Shown in pieces: positions 56,973-64,000 of a DNA stretch of 64,000 bases (the first letter of the stretch is position 1; each line of letters starts with the position of its first letter). The stretch comes from an uncultured Polynucleobacter sp. (GTDB taxonomy: Bacteria; Bdellovibrionota_B; Oligoflexia; Oligoflexales; RGVZ01), in contig CAYOEM010000003.1 of NCBI GenBank assembly GCA_964402975.1, positions 21,766-85,765 of the forward strand, read 5' to 3'. The position numbers and the translations under genes are program-made. The notes beneath the pieces were generated by a model. It saw nothing but the letters and a program-made list of their open reading frames with translations. It was not told the origin of the DNA and searched no databases.

Positions 56973-57659
56973 TCAGTTGACAACGCAATCGCTAACGTCG
57001 CCCCAGGTTTTGATATCAAGCTCTTCGTTTTCCAGGATTTGCTGTAAAACCCCATTTAACACTTTCACGTCACCCACAGCGCGGTGCCGAGCCTCAAATT
57101 TAAGTTTGAAATGATCTGCTAGGGTGTCGAGATTATATTTTGGAAGTCCTGGCAGTGCTTTTCTTGTGAGTTTAACCGTACAAAAAGCAGGGCAATTCAA
57201 TTCGTATCCAAGTCGTCCAGCGGCGGCTTTGAGCATTCCCATATCGAACTCGGCATTGTGGGCGGCAATGATTGAGCCTTCCAGGAACTTTAGGAATTTG
57301 GGTAACACCTCAGCAATGTCGGGTTGACCCACCAGCATGTCCTGCGAGATGCCAGTCAAATTGACGATATTTTGGGTTAGCTCAATATCGGTGTGTACGA
57401 AGCTCCAGAATTCGTCGATGACCTCGCCGCCTTTTATTTTAAGGGCGCCGAATTCTATAATTCGGTCGAGGTCTGTATCGAGACCTGTGGTCTCTGTGTC
57501 AAATACAACCATAGGCGTGTCCGCGAGCACGGCAGAGGGCGGAACCATCCAATGGACCATCCGACGCAATGTGAATTGGCTATCATCTGAGACAGTATTG
57601 AGATTAGTGACTCCATTTGGAAATAAAGCATCATGAAATACTGAGTGACGTAAAAGCAT
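56973..57659 (-). CDS. DEDDh 3'-5' exonuclease (DnaQ/epsilon-like)
   Basis: ExoI VVFDTETTGL, ExoII AHNAEFD and ExoIII HRAVGD. The preferred ATG (MLLRHS) at 57659 overlaps the upstream stop (TGATG). The track ORF to 57809 lies inside the upstream gene. Confidence 0.85.
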   Translation of the reverse strand: MLLRHSVFHDALFPNGVTNLNTVSDDSQFTLRRMVHWMVPPSAVLADTPMVVFDTETTGLDTDLDRIIEFGALKIKGGEVIDEFWSFVHTDIELTQNIVNLTGISQDMLVGQPDIAEVLPKFLKFLEGSIIAAHNAEFDMGMLKAAAGRLGYELNCPAFCTVKLTRKALPGLPKYNLDTLADHFKLKFEARHRAVGDVKVLNGVLQQILENEELDIKTWGDVSDCVVN

Positions 57660-59023
57660 CAGATGGGCCTCCGGAAAAGCCTTCTTCGCAATACAGCAGT
57701 AATGTTTAAAGCCACGGCTCCCACGATTATAAAAATAATTGCCTGAGCCGAGAGAGGTAGATGGCCTAGTAGTGGAATCCAAAATGATAGAAACAAAACA
57801 GGCAGCCACAATAGAGCCCGGGTAAAAATCTGAAGAGCTGGATGAGCGGCTACGACCTGGGCTGCGGCGGGACCATGCTCATAGTACCAAGCGATGAATG
57901 CCGCGCCGGACTCACTTTTTTTGAGTACGACGTCTCGGAACCAGCGCAGAGGTTTTAGGTTTTTATGAAGTGCTGTTCCATATGCGGCCGTTGCTATAAA
58001 GCATTTGGGATCACTCAAAGTGGCTTCGCCTTCACCGTTATGTTCGCTCCACGTCGTATTCGGTGAGGGAGTTGCGACTGCGCAGCCGCTTCTTTGCAGG
58101 CCTCCTGGGGTGAAAAAAGTCAAGACATCATAACTTTTGCCGTTTTCAAGTCCATTGATGGTGGTCTCTCCGGAGCTGGCACTCGAGGCGCTTTGAAAAA
58201 CGCCGCTCGCCGAGAGCTGTGTTAGCTTTGTTGGGTTTAGGTAGTGGCGATCGGGATCTGAGCATTGCACGCAATTTTCGCTGTCGCGAACGTAGACGCA
58301 AGCGCCCTCGCTGGCATCGCTGTCTGTGGGGGAGGTGGAGTCGTAAAGGTAAGCTGGAACACTCGCAATCGTGGAGGACTTTTCAATGGCTACAGCAATG
58401 ACCTGGGACGGTGTTTGGGTTGATCCATCCGACCAGGTTGCGCTCGCGGGTGTTGTCCATTTTACTATGATCGCTCGGTGGGTTCCTTTTGCCGTCACGT
58501 TTGATGGTGCCGTTTTTACGATAGCTGTGTTGATTGAAATGGTCTTACTTTCAACTTTTGCTTCGGGTGTGGGTTTCTTTTCTTCGTAGTAATAAACCTG
58601 CAGTACGGTCGAACTCTTGCTGTTGGGTAACAACGTGTTTTTTAGTCCGCCAACTGTGTTTGCTGAGATTCGGACGTTATATGTAAAGTCAGTTAGACTG
58701 CTGGAGTTTGGCGTCTGGATGATCTGCGTATTTAAACGTACGGTAAACGGAACCTTCGCTAGCACGGGGTCGGTTTCAAAAGGGACGTATTCGGTCGGCG
58801 AGGTGCTGAGGTCGTTTAGCCAAACTCGGATACGGTCCTTGAAGAGATCCTCGCCAGCAGCGGGGGTGGTTTTGCTGATGTCTGTAACTTTAATTTCCAG
58901 GTCAAAGTAGTCTTGGCTTAAATCGCGAGGAAGATGTCCGGTAACGGTCATCGTTTTGGAGAAGCCTTGATGAGCGTATAATAGGGATGCTAGAGCTATG
59001 AGGATGGCCGTGCCACGTATCAT
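57659..59023 (-). CDS. Secreted repeat/Ig-like surface protein with a C-terminal CFIATAAYG (CFI-box-type) membrane-anchor region
   Basis: Signal peptide, a Thr/Ser-rich beta-type body, then CFIATAAYGTALHKNLKPLRWFRD..L.......FI.WYY..GP..A (58003 downwards), followed by hydrophobic helices and an Arg-rich end. Confidence 0.6.
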   Translation of the reverse strand: MIRGTAILIALASLLYAHQGFSKTMTVTGHLPRDLSQDYFDLEIKVTDISKTTPAAGEDLFKDRIRVWLNDLSTSPTEYVPFETDPVLAKVPFTVRLNTQIIQTPNSSSLTDFTYNVRISANTVGGLKNTLLPNSKSSTVLQVYYYEEKKPTPEAKVESKTISINTAIVKTAPSNVTAKGTHRAIIVKWTTPASATWSDGSTQTPSQVIAVAIEKSSTIASVPAYLYDSTSPTDSDASEGACVYVRDSENCVQCSDPDRHYLNPTKLTQLSASGVFQSASSASSGETTINGLENGKSYDVLTFFTPGGLQRSGCAVATPSPNTTWSEHNGEGEATLSDPKCFIATAAYGTALHKNLKPLRWFRDVVLKKSESGAAFIAWYYEHGPAAAQVVAAHPALQIFTRALLWLPVLFLSFWIPLLGHLPLSAQAIIFIIVGAVALNITAVLRRRLFRRPI

Positions 59024-59080
59024 TCGTTAACCCCTCTTTGAATTGCGAAAACCAAAGCGGGGGTAGTCTAGTACCTGAAC

Positions 59081-60100
59081 TCAGGCCTTGTCGAGGTCAA
59101 TTACCAGGCCGTCCCAAGCCGTAATCAGGCGTGGCCCCAGGGGCTGATCTGTTTTATCCCATTCCGCCTTAAATGCGGGCAGTTGGGCCTTTAGATGATC
59201 GGCTGCTGACCTTGCCATACGGCGGAGCTTGCCCGGTGTCGCCCAGGGGTCATGGTGGGTAAATACTAAGTTTTTAATTTGTTCCCTAAGAGCTAGATCG
59301 ACGCCAATATGGGGGCTACAGTGTCCCCAGTCAAAGCGATTGGCAAGCTCAGTGATTTCGTATTGAGCATCAAAAACAAGAAGATCCAGATTTTCATAAA
59401 AGGCGAGATCCTTGCCTAGGTCTTTTCTTGAGATTCGCTTAAATTCGCTGTCAACCGCGATGACGCATGATCTGTTCCCACTATCAAATCTAAAACCGAA
59501 GGACCCCCCGGGGTGATCAAGCACGAAGGCGGTGATCGAGGTCTCGCCAATCTTAACAGGCTCATAGAGCTTCATTTGGACGAACTCGATTTTTCCGCCC
59601 AACTGATCCCAGGTTAAGGGAAAATTGATCCCGTTAAAATTAATTTTGACGTGTTCAGGGGCGTTGCGATGAACGTGGTAAATTTTTATCGAATAGCCTG
59701 CTAGATGCACGGGGACAAAAAACGGGAGCCCCATGATATGATCCCAGTGCATGTGGGTCAGGAAAATATGGAACTCTTTTGCACCATTGGCCATGTGCTC
59801 TGTGCCCGCTTCCCGAAGCCCCGAACCCATGTCGACGAAAAAGCTTTGCTCGCCGACTCGAACTTCCGTGCAAGTGGTATTGCCTCCATAACTTAGAGGA
59901 CTGCCCAGTTGGCAGGCTTGAACCGCCGCCTTTAATTCGGGTAGAGATTTGATACCTGCTTTGTCAGCGTCTTGGAGAAGATCATTGATAATTGCGTGCA
60001 GGTCGGAGTTATTTAAAGCCTGTGGCAGGGAACCCCTTGTACCCCAAAAACGTACTTTCAAACTAAAGTCCTCGATAAACTGATTTCTCGGTCCGAACAC
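59081..60100 (-). CDS. MBL-fold metallo-hydrolase
   Basis: The THMHWDH motif (HxHxDH), plus downstream His/Asp positions (LDHPGG, THHDP). Confidence 0.85.
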   Translation of the reverse strand: MFGPRNQFIEDFSLKVRFWGTRGSLPQALNNSDLHAIINDLLQDADKAGIKSLPELKAAVQACQLGSPLSYGGNTTCTEVRVGEQSFFVDMGSGLREAGTEHMANGAKEFHIFLTHMHWDHIMGLPFFVPVHLAGYSIKIYHVHRNAPEHVKINFNGINFPLTWDQLGGKIEFVQMKLYEPVKIGETSITAFVLDHPGGSFGFRFDSGNRSCVIAVDSEFKRISRKDLGKDLAFYENLDLLVFDAQYEITELANRFDWGHCSPHIGVDLALREQIKNLVFTHHDPWATPGKLRRMARSAADHLKAQLPAFKAEWDKTDQPLGPRLITAWDGLVIDLDKA

Positions 60101-60186
60101 GTTGGGGCCAAATTGCTTTTGGGCAAAATATCCGCTACCTTACTTATTATTATCTGACATTTTCTCAATAAAGGGAAACCTAGGAA

Positions 60187-60648
60187 ATGACGATGAAAAT
60201 TTCCCGCACTGGTGCTGCCGTGTTATTGGAAGGTGTCATAGATGAAAACGCCGATTTCTCGCCACTTTTAAGAGAGAAGGCACCCCTTCGTATCGACTTT
60301 TCTAGGGTCACCCGAATTAACTCCATCGGTGTCAGGTCGTGGATGAAGTTTTTGACCCAGTGGGGCGATAAGTCACTGGAATATTTGCAGTGTCCAGCCT
60401 CTATCTCAGAGCAGTTGATCGTCACACCGGTGCTTTTAGGCGTTAAAAAACGTGTCGCCAAGGTCGTGAGTGCTTATATTTCATTTGTTTGCCCCAAATG
60501 CAATGAGTCGGAAGACCGCATTGTGACATTTGATCAGTTATTTCAGAATGTTAAGACGGACACTAAGTCTCCTCCTTGTCGGCAGTGTGGGGCTCTCATG
60601 ATGGCGTCCAATTCGGCAAGTTACTCTATATTTGACCCTCCAGTCTGA
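60187..60648 (+). CDS. Hypothetical STAS-like domain protein fused to a C-terminal CxxC...CxxC zinc ribbon
   Basis: The N-terminal ~95 aa resemble anti-sigma-antagonist/MlaB-type STAS (LRIDFSRVTRINSIGVRSWMKFL). The C-terminus has CPKC...CRQC. Confidence 0.5.
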   Translation: MTMKISRTGAAVLLEGVIDENADFSPLLREKAPLRIDFSRVTRINSIGVRSWMKFLTQWGDKSLEYLQCPASISEQLIVTPVLLGVKKRVAKVVSAYISFVCPKCNESEDRIVTFDQLFQNVKTDTKSPPCRQCGALMMASNSASYSIFDPPV

Positions 60649-60878
60649 GTCTTTTCATATTGGGCTTCAGATCATAGTTTTTGTACTAAATATCCTTGAA
60701 ATGTATTTTAACAGCGTGCTATAAGTCGGCTCCATTTTGAGGAAAATCATCCCTCCTGTAGGGTGATGGCGCTCCCGATAGAATGAATGGATTTATGGTC
60801 TCGGCGTCAAAAACGGTTTAATGGACCGTGGCTGTGACTAAAGTGATTAAGATGTAATGTTTGAATTCCGGAGGATTC

Positions 60879-61235
60879 ATGGCAACCACGCTTCGTATGC
60901 AACGTCACGGTAACACTCACCGTCCCTTCTATCACATTGTCGCGGCCAACAGTCGCGCATCAGCAACCAAGAAATTCTTGGAAAAGGTCGGCTACTACGA
61001 TGCGTCAACTGAGCCGTCGACGTTCGTTGTAGACGAGGCGCGCGTTCGTTACTGGTATGGTATCGGCGCGACCATGAGCAATACTCTCCGCGTTTTGCTT
61101 AACAAAAAAGGCATCAAGCTGGAGCGCGCAAAGACCACTGCACCGACCGGAGCAAAAGCAAAAAAGCCGAAGGCAGCTAAGACTCCAAAGGCCGCAAAAG
61201 CTCCCAAAGCGGCAACCAAAAAAACGACGAAGTGA
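60879..61235 (+). CDS. rpsP: 30S ribosomal protein S16 with a Lys/Ala-rich C-terminal tail
   Basis: MATTLRMQRHGNTHRPFYHIVAA.SR..ATKKFLEKVGYYD. The ATG at 60879 has GGAGGA 4-9 nt upstream. The tail is AKAKKPKAAKTPKAAKAPKAATKKTTK. Confidence 0.95.
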   Translation: MATTLRMQRHGNTHRPFYHIVAANSRASATKKFLEKVGYYDASTEPSTFVVDEARVRYWYGIGATMSNTLRVLLNKKGIKLERAKTTAPTGAKAKKPKAAKTPKAAKAPKAATKKTTK

Positions 61236-61774
61236 TGCTTCTTAAAATTGGAATCGTGGGAAGAGCTTTGGGTCTCCAAGGCTCTTTTTACGTTTCCGGT
61301 CGTGATGAACCGATGCCAGAATCGCTGAAGATTGTCCAAATTGGCAGAACAGTTGCTTCGGCGAAAGATGCCAAAATTTTAAAATCATTTCTTCAAAATG
61401 GACGTCCTGTGATTTTGTGTGATTTAGCCAGTGACAGAACCTCTGCCGAGCTGCTTACCGGTATGTCCATCTGGGCTCAGAGTCATCTGATATCAGTTCA
61501 GGATGACAAAGAGTTCTTGCTCAGTGATCTGAAAGGCCGTGAGGTTTTTGATGCGGACGGCGTGCTCTTGGGAACAGTCGAGGATGTCATAAAAATGCCG
61601 GCTTCTGTAAATGTCATCGTGGTTAATCCAACTAAATCTTCTGACCTCGAAATCCCAGTCATTTCTGATTACGTTGACATGTCTTTTCGGCGCGGAGAGA
61701 CCGTCCTGCGGTTGACTGTTTCCGGCACGGTGTTTGAAGAGATTTGGAACTCGCGAGTCAAGAATGAATCCTAA
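61232..61774 (+). CDS. rimM: 16S rRNA processing protein RimM
   Basis: IGRALGLQGSFYV, and a PRC-barrel C-terminal half (LKGREVFDADGVLLGTVEDV). The position between rpsP and trmD fits rimM. The GTG/ATG start overlaps the rpsP stop. Confidence 0.88.
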   Translation: MMLLKIGIVGRALGLQGSFYVSGRDEPMPESLKIVQIGRTVASAKDAKILKSFLQNGRPVILCDLASDRTSAELLTGMSIWAQSHLISVQDDKEFLLSDLKGREVFDADGVLLGTVEDVIKMPASVNVIVVNPTKSSDLEIPVISDYVDMSFRRGETVLRLTVSGTVFEEIWNSRVKNES

Positions 61775-62480
61775 GCGTATCATCGCATTCGTCACGATCC
61801 ATCCTGGAGTCATCGAGTCTTACCGGGAGTTTGGCGTCGTTAAATCAGCGGAGTCTCAAGGTATTGCGGATATTCTGCCGATAGATTTGCGAGATTTCGC
61901 TGCAGATAAGCATGGCTCTGTAGATGACTCTCCCTACGGCGGCGGCGACGGAATGATTATGCGGCCGGACTGCCTCGGTAACGCCCTGGATTTTATTTGC
62001 GAAAAAAAACTATCCGGGGAAAAGCCAATCGTCATCTATACATCACCCGCTGGTAAGCCATGGAATCAGACCACAGCCAGTCAGCTGGCCAGTTCGCGTT
62101 CGCCGCTAGTTTTCATCTGCGGACGCTTTGGCGGAGTTGATCAACGCTTTATTGATCAGTGTGTCGATGAGCAATTCAGTGTAGGAGATGTCGTGTTGGC
62201 CGGTGGAGAACTGCCAGCACTCATGATTTCGGAGAGTATTCTTCGGCTTGTTCCAGGCGTGCTCGGACATGATCAAAGTGCCAGTGATGACTCGTTTGGT
62301 CCGGGGATGGGCGGTCGCTTGGAGTATCCTAGCTTTACTAGGCCCTCCGACTGGCGTGGCCAGAGGGTTCCCGAGGTCCTTTTAAGTGGCAATCATGAGG
62401 CCATTCAAAAATGGCGAAAAAAAGAGTCCATTCTGATTACTAAAAAACTGCGCCCTGACTTGATCACCAGAGAAGATTGA
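61764..62480 (+). CDS. trmD: tRNA (guanine37-N1)-methyltransferase
   Basis: VTIHPGV...Y...GV, DDSPYGGGDGM, ICGRFGGVDQR, SVGD.VL.GGELPA and LLSGNH..I..WR. The ATG at 61764 overlaps the rimM stop. Confidence 0.93.
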   Translation: MNPKRIIAFVTIHPGVIESYREFGVVKSAESQGIADILPIDLRDFAADKHGSVDDSPYGGGDGMIMRPDCLGNALDFICEKKLSGEKPIVIYTSPAGKPWNQTTASQLASSRSPLVFICGRFGGVDQRFIDQCVDEQFSVGDVVLAGGELPALMISESILRLVPGVLGHDQSASDDSFGPGMGGRLEYPSFTRPSDWRGQRVPEVLLSGNHEAIQKWRKKESILITKKLRPDLITRED

Positions 62481-62481
62481 T

Positions 62482-62847
62482 TCAATACTGATTGGTTTGA
62501 AGCAGAACAAGGGTGCATGCGTCGATGGTGTCGATGGCGTTGGCTTTCAGTACTCTCGATAATCTTGGGTTTTCGGCTCCAGGATTAAAGATCACTCTTT
62601 TGGGTTTGAGCTTCAGAAACTCCTCCGCTAATCGATCACTAATACTTGCACTAACATAGACCGTGACGGTGTCAACAGGCTGTTTGACCTCAGTCATTGA
62701 TTGGCTGACGGGAATACCGTCGACAGAGTTTAACGAAGGGTGCACCAGCACAACGTCGTGGCCATGCTGCAAGAGCATTCTAAGGGCTTTGTGAGAGTAT
62801 CGGTCTGTTTTGTCAGAAGCGCCGAGAATTAACGTGGTCATAGTCAC
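62482..62847 (-). CDS. CoA-binding domain protein (YccU-like)
   Basis: ILGASDKTDRYSHKALRMLLQHGHDVVLVHP and VIFNPGAEN. Its stop lies 1 nt from the trmD stop (convergent). Confidence 0.8.
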   Translation of the reverse strand: MTMTTLILGASDKTDRYSHKALRMLLQHGHDVVLVHPSLNSVDGIPVSQSMTEVKQPVDTVTVYVSASISDRLAEEFLKLKPKRVIFNPGAENPRLSRVLKANAIDTIDACTLVLLQTNQY

Positions 62848-62952
62848 TCACCTTTTTGAAACGTCTTAACAGTTGACAGTTTGTCGGCAAATGGGGAACC
62901 TTGTTGGCCCTGGAGATAATGTATCTCACCAACAACCGAGGAGTCTACCGAG

Positions 62953-63636
62953 ATGGCAACCAAAAAAGCGACCGCAAAAAAAGCAAAAAATACAAAAAAA
63001 ACCAAAGTGAAACCGACTACAAAGTCTACGAAAAAATCAGCGAAAAAAGCACCCGCAAAATCGTTAAAAAAAGCCACTAAGTCCGTGGCCAAGAAAAAAC
63101 CAACAGGTATGAAGGCGAAAAAAGTAACCCGAAAGACAGCAGGTGCATCTAAAGCGAAAAAAGCAGGCAAAATGCCAGTGGTCGGGCATTTAGCTCCTGA
63201 TTTTGCCTTGCAGAGTGACGTCAACGGCACGGTCAGCCTGTCTCGTTACCGCGGCAAGAACGTGGTTTTATACTTCTACCCCAAGGATGACACTCCTGGT
63301 TGCACGCGCGAGGCTTGTTCTTTTCAGGAACATAAACCTAAGCTAATAGGTCAAAACGCCGTCGTTATTGGTGTCAGTCCAGACGGTCCAGAAAGTCATA
63401 AGAAGTTTAGGGCTAAGTACGGCCTTGATTTCGTCCTTATTTCTGACGAGGAACGAGAGCTCTGCAAAGCCTACGGTGTCTGGGTTGAAAAAAACAATTA
63501 CGGCAAAAAATATATGGGTGTGCAGCGCGCGACATTTCTTATCGACGGGCAAGGCCGCGTGGCTTACGTCTGGCCAAAAGTTTCAGTTGACGGGCATACC
63601 GAGGAAGTATTAACCGAGTTGTCCAGGTTGAATTAG
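62953..63636 (+). CDS. bcp: Thioredoxin-dependent peroxiredoxin Bcp with a 73-aa histone-H1-like Lys/Ala-rich N-terminal extension
   Basis: The Bcp core is APDFAL....G..V.LS.YRGK.VVLYFYPKDDTPGCTREAC.F. The in-frame upstream 73 codons encode KKA/KKT repeats, with GAGGAG 9 nt before the ATG at 62953. An internal ATG at 63172 (MPVVGHLAPDF) would give a canonical-length Bcp. Confidence 0.85.
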   Translation: MATKKATAKKAKNTKKTKVKPTTKSTKKSAKKAPAKSLKKATKSVAKKKPTGMKAKKVTRKTAGASKAKKAGKMPVVGHLAPDFALQSDVNGTVSLSRYRGKNVVLYFYPKDDTPGCTREACSFQEHKPKLIGQNAVVIGVSPDGPESHKKFRAKYGLDFVLISDEERELCKAYGVWVEKNNYGKKYMGVQRATFLIDGQGRVAYVWPKVSVDGHTEEVLTELSRLN

Positions 63637-63654
63637 TCCGTTTTTGCCCACTAG

Positions 63655-63698
63655 AACCATCTTTCAGCTAACGATTGCTGGAAGATGGTTTTGTTTTT
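63655..63698 (+). terminator. Rho-independent terminator of bcp
   Basis: AACCATCTTTCAGC-(8-nt loop)-GCTGGAAGATGGTT forms a 14-bp stem (one G-U pair), followed by TTGTTTTT. Confidence 0.75.
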
Positions 63699-63781
63699 AC
63701 ATGTTTACTTTAGGGTTTTGGTAGCCAACTGTTTGATGAGGTAGAATAAGGGGGAGACCATCGCAAGTACGAGAGTTTTAA

Positions 63782-64000
63782 ATGAAACACTGGATTCGAT
63801 TCATTCTAACTGGGGCGCTATTATGGCCAACGTCAGGGCAGGCAAATACGGCCTCCTCAAATTCGTCCTCTGTCAATTCTCGTTCAAGCCATGCGGTTAT
63901 TCTCGTGCACGGATGGGGGCGAAGCCCGCGTAAACCGAAAGCTCTATGGGAATCTAAAATTAAACCCTATACGGATCTTACGACTCTCAAGCGAAGGTTC
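63782..64000 (+). CDS. 5' part of a secreted protein, possibly alpha/beta hydrolase (runs off the window)
   Basis: The ATG at 63782 is open to the window end. The signal peptide is MKHWIRFILTGALLWPTSGQA. AVILVHGWG resembles the oxyanion-region motif of alpha/beta hydrolases. Confidence 0.45.
   Translation, partial: MKHWIRFILTGALLWPTSGQANTASSNSSSVNSRSSHAVILVHGWGRSPRKPKALWESKIKPYTDLTTLKRRF

Noticed and set aside
62844-63230. A 128-aa minus-strand ORF opposite the Lys-rich 5' part of bcp, overlapping the CoA-binding gene start.
   Set aside because: It is the same mirror effect of the A-rich Lys/Ala coding sequence (FFAFFAVAF...). There is no SD or other independent support.
1-64000. A scan for CRISPR arrays, rRNA genes, IS elements/transposases, integrases, phage structural genes and long direct or inverted repeats.
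   Set aside because: I noticed none. The only tandem repeats are the in-frame Lys/Ala coding repeats, and no ORF has transposase or integrase motifs. The window looks like core chromosome rather than an accessory island. This was an eyeball scan only, so short or degenerate elements could have been missed.

Overview
This 64-kb window is densely coding on both strands. It looks like core chromosome of a diderm (Gram-negative-type) bacterium, judged from outer-membrane beta-barrel-like proteins, PilD, PBP1A/MtgA and thiBPQ. A Bdellovibrionota/deltaproteobacteria-like origin is only a guess.

Gene content in order:
- rpoC, then a truncated str operon (rpsL-rpsG-fusA, no tuf).
- A PLP enzyme and two tandem paralogous secreted/outer-membrane proteins.
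- tRNA-Val(GAC), three RNA/protein methyltransferases, tRNA-Val(UAC).
- thiBPQ thiamine importer.
- A NirA-like Fe-S domain protein, an ImmA/IrrE-like protein with its HExxH motif lost, and infC.
- PIN-PhoH (PhoH2), PrkA, a SAMHD1-like HD hydrolase and pyrD.
- A 774-aa SMC/Rad50-like coiled-coil protein with eroded ATPase motifs.
- A Lys/Ala-rich histone-H1-like protein, membrane pyrophosphatase hppA, a single-domain asparaginase homolog and OsmC.
- PBP1A with an LpoA-like lipoprotein, cyclophilin, MtgA and PilD.
- A tightly overlapped GGDEF / thioesterase / DUF4105 / membrane-anchored ECF-sigma operon.
- ftsY.
- A methylcrotonyl/geranyl-CoA carboxylase cluster containing an AtuA-like gene, preceded by a DnaQ-like exonuclease and a CFI-box surface protein.
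- rpsP-rimM-trmD (no rplS), and a Bcp peroxiredoxin with a histone-H1-like N-terminal tail.

I saw no rRNA, CRISPR array, transposase, integrase or prophage signature.

Most worth a second look:
- An orphan promoter-to-terminator unit of about 360 nt with no credible ORF (14331-14726). It is a candidate structured ncRNA.
- The recurring Lys/Ala-rich H1-like module: one free-standing gene plus tails on S16 and Bcp.
- The pseudo-ATPase SMC-like protein and the 0.85-kb non-coding gap after it.
- The pseudo-ImmA and NirA-like pair.
- The GGDEF / thioesterase / DUF4105 / sigma operon.

All functional calls come from reading the supplied translations and recognising family motifs. No database search was possible. 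Coordinates of small RNA or structure features were counted by hand and may be off by 1-2 nt.
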